Part shown: positions 54,186-64,000 of the stretch, piece after piece | How the letters are laid out: the number at the start of each line of letters is the position of its first letter | Numbering within the stretch: the first letter of the stretch is position 1 | Assembly: GCA_963693365.1 (NCBI GenBank) | Contig: CAVNZM010000015.1 | Span: 3,348,001-3,412,000, forward strand | Length of the DNA stretch: 64,000 nucleotides | Direction: 5' to 3' | Origin: Amoebidium appalachense | Lineage: Eukaryota > Protista > Ichthyosporea | The notes under the pieces: generated by a model | Databases searched by the model: none | Told to the model about the DNA's origin: nothing | Seen by the model: the letters and a program-made list of their open reading frames with translations, nothing else | Translations under genes and position numbers: made by a program

Positions 54186-55412
54186 AATTATGTAGTGGAT
54201 GCTGACCGTGTTACTACAGGGCACAGGTAGGAGAGGAAAAGGCAGGGAGCACAAATCTGCACATCTATGTCGCACTGGTGTGAAGCCCCCCTCTCCCCCC
54301 TCCCCCCCCCCCCTCCCCCCCCCCCCCCCTCTTTCCTTCTCTTCCTCTTATAGCTTTTCTCTTGGTCCACTGCCCTGCCTTCTTCCCCTCCCCGCGCTTT
54401 CGCCCCTCATATGTTATTCCCCCCCCCCCCTTCCCATGGACAGGGGAAGGGGCGGTCTGAGGTCAGGAGGGAGAGAGAGAGAGTGTGTGTGTGAGGGCAA
54501 GTGAGACTGAGAGTGTGAAACCCGAACATGCATGCGGAGACGAGAGAGGGGGGAAGGAGTCGGGGAGGTGGGAGAGAGAGGGGAGGGGGGGGGGAGGGAA
54601 GGGGACATCTAGGGGCGCCAAAAGCAAACAGAGGCACATACCACAAACGGATGCACGTACACACGAATAGCAATTTCATCTCCCTGATCGCTCCTTCCCC
54701 CCCCTTCCCCCTCCCCGCCCCCCTCTCTCATCCCCTCCACCAACCACCACCATCACTCCCAACATGTACACATACACACGCATACAATTACTGGCACACC
54801 TTTGGGTGCGTGCGCAGACACACGTGCACACACGCATACACGAAAACACGTTTTATTGTTATTATTATTTTACTTATTTTATTAGTTCTGATTGGCCACT
54901 TTACTTACACGGTCGTTTTAACTTCTAACAGGCCATCGTGATTGGTGGGTTTGGCGTGGGTGTGCTGGGTCTGCTCGTGTGGAGGAAGATGGGCAGGCGC
55001 AAGAGACAGGAACAGACACAAAGCAACATGTGGCTTCCGGTGGAGGACGAGGAGGATGAAAACATGTAGGGACGGTGTTTTTGGTTTAGTTTGCCGTATC
55101 TCCGTGTATGAAATAATGCAGGGAACATCCAATACGTGGTGTTTTTGGTTGAGTTTTCCGAATCTCCTGGATTTATCGGCGTTTAGGAGAGTGAAACATG
55201 TAGGGAGTATCAAAAAAAAACTGTGTTTTTGGTTTGGTTTTACGAGTTTCCCATGTCAGAGGGGGGGGGAAACAATTCGATAATAGAGAAACCCGGGCGT
55301 TTTGGGGTTCTTTTTCTTAGTTTTCCCCAACTCGAGGCACAAACTCAGGCTAACGCGTGGTTGCCTGTACATGTGGAGGACGAGGAGGAGGATGAAAACA
55401 TGTAGGGAACAT

Positions 55413-55812
55413 CGTGGTGACGTCATGCGTGACAAATGTTTCCGGCCCGGCTGTGCTGACTTGGCTGACGTAAGCTTAATTAAGACAGCAGAGTCGTAGA
55501 AGAGCAAAATAGATGACGAGGACGTTTTTTGACCTATACCCTTTAACCCTATTTTCCCTTATGCTAGCCATTGAAGTCTTTCAGTAGCTTGTGGAGCTTA
55601 GACAGACGAGCGAAGCGCTTTACAGCCCAAGGGGACCCATTCGCCTGCGAGCTGTGACGTCATACTTGGCGTAAGAGTCCAGTGGTGTGTGTCTGGAAGT
55701 CTATGGTCGAATATTTCATGGTTCCTTTGATGATCAGAGTACCTCGTCCCATTACCTCCACACATGCCTAGTCGAGCATGAGCTCTTTGTCGTAAGTAGC
55801 ACTTGCGGCAAC
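55413..55812. repeat. Left arm of long inverted repeat (interrupted by a ~190-bp insert at ~55457-55646)
   Basis: 55413-55456 plus 55647-55812 is the diverged reverse complement of 61092-61322. Confidence 0.85.
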
Positions 55813-57433
55813 CCAAAGTAACTAATTTTGCACTTCTTTTCGGGTTCGACAAGAGTTTTTTCCGGACATGGTGTACAAAACAAAATAATCAGTACTGAAG
55901 CTATGGCAGCTCGTGATCACATAGATGCTGTTTGGCCTAGTCTATTTCGCCCGTTGACTCTTAATGAGTCCTGAAATAACAGGGCTGGCTGACAAAGAGC
56001 TTGTCGAGACCTTGATCGAGACAGTTGTTAACGAGCATGCTGTTCAAGTTTGTCCTGATGACTAAGTCAAGCTGAAGCTTCGATTCCATGAAAGCGATGC
56101 GGATAGTACACACACACATGCACAAACACTAAGTTACCCCTGCCATTCACTTGCTAACAAACATCAACCATACTCTTGCTGTCCCCTCTCTCTTGTTCAA
56201 CACGTGCTTACTCTTAAGAGATTCGACCACCCTTTTCCTTTTGCCTCTTACTATCCCCCCGATTCCGTGCTTGCTTACTTGATACCCCCCCATTCATGCT
56301 CAACCACACACACACATGCATGAATTTGCTTTTTCTCCCCTCCCTCCCCTATCACCCCCCATGACTTTTTTATCTCCCTTCTCTCCTCGGAACCACAACT
56401 ATTTCGTACTCTGGCTCACCTCACACACACGCTTTCACACACTTTCTCTCTACTTTCGAACCACCCACCAACCCACTCGCCGTCCCTTCTCGTATATCTC
56501 CTATTTGCGCACTATCTACAGAAGTGAGCTATCGAGAGATTCACATTCGTTTTTAGATTCTATTATTATATATCTTTTATATTATATTTGCCCAACAATC
56601 TCTGTTCCTCGTTCCCTATAGTTGTTGAAAACCTTTGTGACACGTCCTTAATATGACCTATGAATGCTAAGGCTTAATGCCAGTTTTTGCAAATGATTGA
56701 CAACACTGTCATTTTTTGGTATAAAGCTGATAGACCCACACAGGAATCCAACTAAGCGCGGGGCATGGCTTCTGTGCTTCTGTGATGAGCCATGCTTATC
56801 ATTGCACAGTATAGCTAGCTTTAAGATGTCTAGTGTGTATGAACACATCAGGACATCTTGGCACCCTGGCACCCGGAATGGATAACGAGGGGGTAGAAGA
56901 GAGGAGTAGAACGGGCAGAAATCAAATCAACTGCCGCCGAGCTGCAGCGGCGAGACCCTAAGACGGCATCACCAGGGCCACGATCTCTTGGGAAGGCTTC
57001 TGCGTCTGCATGGCATTTAAGTGCGTAGTCAACTTGAGAGAAAGGTCATTCCAGCCTTATGTATTGATGTGGTCGTCAGCAAGGGTGAAGTGTCGATAGT
57101 GTAGGTCATTCGATAGAGGCAGCAGCTTACGGCTCCGACTAAAAAAATTCAAAACAAACGGTGTCCCTTGCTTCACTCAAATAAACGGCTAGCTATTGCC
57201 ACCTGGGCCCTGCAAGCGCTTTCACTGACCTTCACTCATATCCACTTTGCATGTCTTACAACTGGACTTGTACATCATCAACCTATGCCACGATCTCATA
57301 AACAACCTTCAAAAAATCAGTTTCCTAACAGCGAACAAATATATCTAAAACGAGTTTGCTGCATGCCCAGGCTCAAAGACGCCGGAAGTAACTCAACCAT
57401 AACAACTTCTTACGAGGACCTCTGACCAAGCAT

Positions 57434-57865
57434 CTACTGCCCGGCCTTGGGATGGGGCTGGAAAGGGTAGTCTGCAGACAGGCCGGTCTTCACCAGAACA
57501 TCCCACGTAAACGCCTTGAAGGCTTCCACCTCCCTCTGGTGCTTCTGCTCCTGTATCTCCAGCTTGTGCTCAAACAACTCCCTCTGGGCATCCATTTCCT
57601 TTTCCTTGCTATGCAGCTCAACCTCGAAGACCGCCTGAGTCTTGCTGATCTTTTCCTTTAGAGCTTCCTTTAGAGCTACCTCCTTGACCTCGAAGACCGC
57701 TTGAGTCTTGCTGATCTTTTCCTCCAGAACTGCAGTGCGCTGACGGTTTGCCTCAACGTAATGCCACGTAGCCCCGAACGTCCCAAACAGGGCCACCGCT
57801 GCGGTAATATTTGTTGCATTGTCGGTGAAGGCCTGAAAAAACCGTTGCGCCCAGTGGGTTGTCAT
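57434..57865 (-). CDS. Intronless 143-aa protein: N-terminal hydrophobic/TM segment plus coiled coil with internal repeat; function unknown
   Basis: Clean ORF with coding-like codon use; ITAAVALFGTFGATWHYV; EKISKTQAVFEV occurs twice. Confidence 0.65.
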   Translation of the reverse strand: MTTHWAQRFFQAFTDNATNITAAVALFGTFGATWHYVEANRQRTAVLEEKISKTQAVFEVKEVALKEALKEKISKTQAVFEVELHSKEKEMDAQRELFEHKLEIQEQKHQREVEAFKAFTWDVLVKTGLSADYPFQPHPKAGQ

Positions 57866-58538
57866 TTTTCTCTGACGACTTCTTGGTAGACTAGAGCAAG
57901 GCCTCCTTCCTGCAAATGAAAATGGGCGAGCGATTGGGCAAACTGATGATCATGTATGTTCGCAGACAAGGGTCGACGGGTCGCTTTTCGGGCCAGCACT
58001 CCAGATGTTCGCATGGAAAAGCAGGGAAACCCAGTCCGAAGTGGGTTTCAAAACTTTAAGGTGAAATCATATATTTTAAAAAGTAAAATATCATGCTATC
58101 GTATGCATTTATTACGGATATTATGTAATAAATATCATGCTATGTCTTTAGGGGGTAAACCTGCAAATCGTGAGAACTTTTCCCAGAAACTCGTATATCT
58201 TGTGAAGGGATGATTATTTTTAATAGCGGAAAAAACCTTTATAATACAATTTTAAGTCCTCTACTAGGAACTGGTACTTAAAACAACAAAGCGACAGCAG
58301 TTTAGTTCAGGCAGTTGATTTGTCGACCATACCTTCAAATCAATTAGAGAACCCTGTAGATCATGATACTATTAGGCTCTTGACTGTCGGATGATCGATC
58401 TATCACATGTCGCCGCAAAACAAAACAAGAGGTCCCGTCGAGTGCCCACACTATCTATTCTCCCACTTTCTCCTAGCTCTTTTTACGGTCACTAAAACTC
58501 CGAGGCTTCGAGGCCAAACATACACAAGGACAAGTAAA

Positions 58539-59021
58539 ATGGCATTTGCCGACATTATTCTTGTGCCCCGGCTTGACACAAGCGACATGGTTGACATAGA
58601 GTACAAGGATGATGCGCAGTTACTGAAAATCAAGCACTATCCTCACTTGGAAGTCCTGCTTACCATCTGGGAGGATACAGCACACATATACTACGCAAAC
58701 GTCACAACTGCGGAATATGAAGCTGTTCTGCGTCAAAAGGAACTCTTTATTTTTAAACAATCAGACGGCAGCCCCATAGTCCGACGCTCGTGGGCATCAC
58801 ATCATCCTCCGTGTCACTCCCACTTCCTTCACCTTCTTCCCCTACATCTTCCCACATGCTCCTCCCCCTGTATCTCTCCTCCCACTCCTCCTTTGCGCTC
58901 TGTTCCCCTCGCCCTCCTGTGCGTACTCGCTTTCGCTAACATCCTGCTCCGCATCATTGGTGGTGTTGTTCGGTTTCGCTGCGGCGCTTGTGTTCTCCAA
59001 CCCCTTGTTCCGTGTCTTTAG
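58539..59021 (+). CDS. Possible convergent second ORF inside the transposon, unknown function
   Basis: MAFADIILVPRLDTSDMVDIEYKDDAQLLKIKHYPHLEVLLTIWEDTAHIYY.. looks globular for ~85 aa; the remainder overlaps the transposase antisense. Confidence 0.35.
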   Translation: MAFADIILVPRLDTSDMVDIEYKDDAQLLKIKHYPHLEVLLTIWEDTAHIYYANVTTAEYEAVLRQKELFIFKQSDGSPIVRRSWASHHPPCHSHFLHLLPLHLPTCSSPCISPPTPPLRSVPLALLCVLAFANILLRIIGGVVRFRCGACVLQPLVPCL

Positions 59022-60429
59022 GTGCCGCTTGCACAGTCGCACCCCTCCGTGTTCGTGGCTTGGCATGGCTTTGAGGCCACAAAGTTCCCCCGACTGCTTG
59101 TTTGCTTGGCAGGGACCGATAACCAGTGCCACTAAGGCCTTTTGCTTCTTTCTTCCCTCCGCTGCCTTTGCCCGTTCCTCCTTCTTCTGCTTCTCCTCCG
59201 CCACAACACGTTCCTTCTCTCTTCTGCCGTCCAAGTGCTGCTCGCTTGTTCCGATCATGCACCCCTGTTGCTTTTTCTGTTTTCGCACTATCGTGGCGTT
59301 GCTGTTTGGGTTGCGTTCTGCGAGTGGTGCTCGACCGTGTGGTGGTGTTTGCTGGGGCGTGCTGGTGGGGTCGGCTGTTTGCACGGGGGGTTGGGTGGGG
59401 AGGGGGCCTGCCTGCTCGGGACGAATGTTGTGCACTGTACCGAACCGCTGTCTTGCTGTTTTGAGGGCAAAGACTTCTGCCTCCAATTCGGGTGTCGCCG
59501 GGTGTGCTCGAGGTATATTGTGCTGGTGCTCCAACCGTCATCAGAGTAGGCTAGCAACGCGTCTGGGTGGATATACTTAACGGCCGTTTCCATTAAATTT
59601 TCCTCTGACATGAGACTCGAGGGCACTACAATGGTGGGTGGGAGGGCGTCACCGGACGCAACAATAGTAGGAATGATGGATAGGTGCCAGTCTTGCTCCG
59701 CAAACCCATAGACGACTTTGTATGTTTTTCATGTCTGTGACCGTGAGAAGTTTCTGACCCGCACGCACGTTGGTTATGCGCAGTTGTTTCTCGTCGTCAT
59801 TGAACAGATTCTTCAGAATCTCCACGTTTATCTGCTTTTCTTCCACCAGTTCCTCCACCATATCAAACCACGAATTCATCTTCTCCTCCGTGAGAGCGGA
59901 AACGCGCGCTTTCGAAAGTTCGTTTGGTTTGCGGAAATTGAGGTTGTAATTATAACCGTGCTGTTTGGCACGGCGTTCGAACAAATTGAACCACCCCTCA
60001 CCCGGAAGCCAGTCTGCTGTATTGAATTTTTTGCCGTTACGCTCAGCAATGTCCCGTGCAGACCTGAGAACTTCAGCACGAGAAACCCCCAACCCCCTCC
60101 CAGCCAGGAACACCAGCCCACTAGCAAGGCCAATCTCCTCATCTCAGTGTTAGAATGGGCTTAGGGCCCGGTTTCTTGTTTCCATACTCAGGGTCTTTTT
60201 TGTGTCTGTATAGGGTTGCAACGGAAATGCCAGTGGTTGCAGCTACTTCGGCAACCCGTTGCTTGACTGAGCTTCTCTTCTTTAGCTGTCTAGTTGCCTG
60301 TTCCATGAACATGGGATTATACTTGGGCCCGTACTTGTAACCCTGCTTTATTACACTAGGTGCACTGCGAGTGGGCCCTTTTTTGCGAAGCTTAGGCATA
60401 TGCTTGTTTTTTTTGGGAGCCTTTGCCAT
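58842..60429 (-). pseudogene. Broken pogo-family transposase: HTH (psq-like), CENP-B HTH, start of the DDE region, deleted core, basic C-terminus with Cys/His knuckle
   Basis: VAEVAATTGISVATLYRH..KPGPKPILT (frameshift ~60145); GLGVSRAEVLRSARDI..PGEGWFNLFERR; FRKPNELSKAR..NLFNDDEK (cf. IFNxDETG); DDE core absent after ~59700; C-terminal CQANKQSGELC..RLCKRH. Confidence 0.85.
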
Positions 60430-61091
60430 TTTCTGACACGCAGTTACAACAGTGCTGTACTATGCTAGTGTTGTGGTCAGTAATGAAGGCCAATGCTACC
60501 CCGAGCATCACGTGCTCACACCAGCTACCTACCCCTACACAATTACACCCAAACAAAGACAAAAACTACTCAGAAACACTTATTTAGTTGAAAAGAAAGT
60601 GGTTTGTGCCCGTTTATTATGTACTTTTGTTGAACATGTCTGAAGGGTTTTGGTCAGCAGCTCATGAGAGCTCACATTTCACGTTCTGGGTATCGGAGAA
60701 GCGCCGTTTTTTTTTGCCGTTGCAGGCCTGAGTGCCAGTAACCGCCCCACCCATTTCCCCGCCCATATTCAAACAAAACCAATGAGAAAAAAAGCACAAA
60801 AAAAGAAAATAACCAAGTATGGGATCATAAGTTTCTCACGATTTACAGGGCTCTCAAGATTTGCAGGTTTGCCCCTATATGTGTGCATGGAAAATGAAAG
60901 GGGATTATGACGTCAGAGATGGAAAATGAAGGACCTCCATATCGGACATCGAACCCCCTCAACCAGGGGGATGCACATTTCCCCCCTCCTCAATATCGTG
61001 TATACAGGATATTTGAGATGCTCGTGTGACCTGGAAGCGGTGGAATTTTTTCTCAAGCCGCCCATTCCCAACCCAGGGGGGAGTTAGCCCC

Positions 61092-61322
61092 GGTTGCCGC
61101 AAGTACTACTGTACGACAAGGAGCTCATGCTCGACTAGGCATGTGTGGAGCTGGCATTGTAATGGGACGAGGTACTCTGATCATAAAAGGAACATGAAAT
61201 ATTCGACCATAGACTTCCAGGCAACTTGCACAGATACACCTGTGGACTATTCCACGCCAAGTATGACGTCACAGCTCGCACAGCCGGGCCGGAAACATAT
61301 GCCACGCATGACGTCACCACGA
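61092..61322. repeat. Right arm of long inverted repeat
   Basis: Reverse complement of 55413-55812 without the insert. Confidence 0.85.
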
Positions 61323-61811
61323 GTATCCGCTTAGCTCGGACAAAAAAGTGCAAAATTTCCCCATGCTATATGTGCCCCCCCCCCCCCCCCCCCCCCCCTC
61401 CCTCCCTCCCCACACACTGGCACACACGGGTACCCACACACACACTACAAAGCCACCACCATCACCACCGGCAAGATCTAGAATGATCTGCGATCTGATC
61501 CGGAATTCCATGTGAATATCCGGAATTCCATGTGAATATAAAATCTGAAATACAATCCAGTGAAAAACTCGCCCAGTTTTATTATCCAAAGCCACTGCCC
61601 GCAGTGCCTCTTATTGCCCATATATGGAAAAATTATGATTATGGCATGTCCAAAAAAGGAAACTGGTACCTGGTATAAGAATATGTGCATTTGTGTCCAC
61701 ATGTCACCGTGATTAAATTAAAAGCTTAACGCTCACAGTTACATGACGCTATGAAACCTTATGATTGTGATGAAGAAAAATATGTTTTAAAGTTAACAAG
61801 GAAAGAAGAAA

Positions 61812-61953
61812 ATATCCCTGAGTTGGGGATAGAAAAGTATGGATTAAAGTTAAAAAAAAATCCCTGAGTTGGGGATAGAAAAGCATGGGTTAAAGTTAAA
61901 AAGGAAAGGAAAAGCTAAAAAAGAAAGGAAAAGACAATCCCTGAGTTGGGGAC
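61812..61953. repeat. Three copies of atccctgagttgggga, with a ~45-bp tandem unit
   Basis: Copies at ~61814, 61860, 61937. Confidence 0.8.
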
Positions 61954-63360
61954 AAAGTGCAAAACATGTCTGTGTCTGTTGGTGGTGTAAGCCAGTGGTT
62001 CGTTTCGTGCAAAAAGTTTTAAATCGTCTATCGACAACAACTGCCTAAATTGGGTATCGATACTACATGTACGTTGGGTGTGCATGTGAGCATGAGGAAT
62101 TCTTAAGGGCAGTGTTCGATGCAAATGTTCGAGTCCAAACATATTATGGTATCCACACTGATACCTCAACCAATCACACACCAACACCAACTCCCTTAAA
62201 ATTTAACGAATCCACCGTAAAGAACCTTCTCTGTCTCACCCTGCCTTCCCTTAAAGTTGTCCACGCTCGAGCTTATGCCATATATGGTATCCACATCAAT
62301 GCCTGAACCAATCACACACCGGCCCCTTAAAGGACCTTCTTTGTCTCTGCCTGCCTGCCCTTAAAGTCGTCCATGCTCGAGCTAATTCCCAGCCATGCAC
62401 ACAGTGAGTCCATGACATCAGCAAACATCTCCCGGCATCTTTTTCCCGTCTCAAACCAGTCTGGGACATCCTAAACCCGTAACCCATCCTGAACCATACC
62501 CTTTGTAACCGTTATTAGTTAGAGATGACTCCAAGCTATCCCTAACCCGTCCGGCTTTAGCAGGCGATATTAAAGACATCTCTGTAAGTACGTCTTTAGT
62601 ATATCTGTAACCCGGCGAAACCCTATCCCGTGTTCCATCTATTTCCTCCCCCAAGCATATCTTAGAGCCGTCTTTGTTATGTCTTAAACGAGTCTATAAA
62701 AAGACAATATTTATGAACTTTTACTAAAAAAGATATCCCCAGCATATCTGTAAGCTATCAATCAGCCGTCTACAAGAGCGCTCTGCGATCACCAATATCC
62801 ATCTTTAATACTACTTTATGTAGTTCAGACGAACATATATGGCATACTTAACACCTCTTGAAGAATTTGCAGAGATAGATTAGAGATATGTTGTGGTTAA
62901 CCTAAATGTATCCTTACGATGTAGTTATGTAATATTTTATTTCAGTCTAACACGAATATTCGACTTTAGGACGTACTAAAAGCAACTCACCGATAGGCTA
63001 GGGATATTTTTATTGGTACATAGTGACACAAACAAGATATGTGTGAGACGTATTTACGTCATAATATAGATTCATCATCAATTGAGGAAAAGACACAATT
63101 AATATACACTTTAGACGGCTTTAGGACGGCCTAACGTTATATATGGTCGCTCCCATAGATAGAATAATTATATATTCATAGTTCTGGTAAGAGCACCGGA
63201 AGATTTCTTGATGCAATTTTAAAGCCATCTTTCAGGATGTTCTAAAAGTCACACTAAAAAGACCGTCGTCATCCTTAAAGTCATCTGTTGGATGGCTGGA
63301 GGTTGTCGTGATGATATCTTAAACCCCCACCTCCTCCTCCTCCCTCCCCCCCCCCCCCCC

Positions 63361-63935
63361 CCCCACCCCACATGAACCTTTGACGATCGATGACGACGAT
63401 GAGGTGCCAGACCCACAGGGTCTTTTCCTGGGGACCACCACCCACCCCACATGAACCTTTGACGATCGATGTCATTGACGACGACGAGGTGCCAGACCCA
63501 CAGGGTCTTGCCTCCATACTTTATTTACCTTAACAGGACAAAGAGCCGGTACCCACCTATGGGTGCTAAACATGCACATGATCATTCATGTGCTATAAGA
63601 GCAACACAGAAACGAAACACGGAAACAACAGCAGCCATAGGACAAAGAGCCCCAGACCCACAGGGTCTTGCCTCCATACTTTATTTACCTTAACAGGACA
63701 AAGAGCCGGTACCCACCTATGGGTGCTAAACATGCACATGATCATTCATGTGCTATAAGAGCAACACAGAAACGAAACACGGAAACAACAGCAGCCATAG
63801 GACAAAGAGGCCCAGACCCACAGGGTCTTGCCTCCATACTTTATTTACCTTAACAGGACAAAGAGCCGGTACCCACCTATGAAACGAAAAACGGAAACAA
63901 CAGCAGCCATATAGGACAAAGAGCCGGTACCCACC
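63361..63935. repeat. Tandem repeats: 2 x ~82-bp unit overlapping an array of 160-bp units
   Basis: ccagacccacagggtctt starts at ~63408, 63492, 63652, 63812; the 160-bp units are nearly identical, and the third is partial. Confidence 0.92.
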
Positions 63936-64000
63936 TCTACATCAGCAATCTTGTTGCGGCATCCAAAAGCTGTCGTAAACTACCCGACGACATCGGAAAC

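Larger units (their letters stand above)
58151..60875 (-). mobile_element. pogo/Tigger/Fot1-type (Tc1-mariner superfamily) DNA transposon, internally deleted, non-autonomous
   Basis: TIRs TA|GGGGGTAAACCTGCAAATCGTGAG ... CTCAAGATTTGCAGGTTTGCCCC|TA, with TA on both flanks; extra subterminal copy at ~60831-60849; contains transposase remnants. Confidence 0.88.

Noticed and set aside
62470-62550. Telomere-like ctaaaccc/ccctaaccc motifs
   Set aside because: Isolated non-tandem occurrences.
63361-63935. CRISPR-like array
   Set aside because: The sequence between repeated motifs is itself identical, so there are no unique spacers; no cas genes; eukaryotic context.

Overview
Eukaryotic, intron-rich genomic DNA. 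Long poly-G/poly-C runs and (CA/TG)n, (GA)n and (GGGA)n microsatellites make most ORF-track entries artefacts. Reading GT-AG exons by hand gives: (1) a minus-strand Munc13/CAPS-family (C2 + MUN) gene with 28 phase-compatible exons, running off the left edge; (2) a secreted class-3 lipase; (3) a membrane-anchored right-handed beta-helix (Pmp/pectin-lyase-like) protein; (4) a PAP2/lipid-phosphate-phosphatase; (5) a decayed histidine-phosphatase (PGM-like) gene. One short intron of gene 5 holds a ~2.3 kb GC-rich insert bounded by a 7-bp direct repeat (CTACTAC). The insert has a palindrome/CCAAT-rich end and a truncated ORF resembling the N-terminal (terminal protein/vOTU) part of a Polinton/adintovirus protein-primed polB. 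The right end holds an internally deleted pogo-type transposon with TIRs and TA duplications, itself between long inverted repeats, plus tandem repeats. Recurrent features are degenerate copies of exon 3' ends (often with the donor site) in the next intron, two intronic repeat families, and single-base homopolymer frameshifts in several genes (probably assembly errors). All protein family calls are from remembered motifs, not database searches. The organism is not identifiable from the sequence alone; a unicellular holozoan-like protist is a guess.
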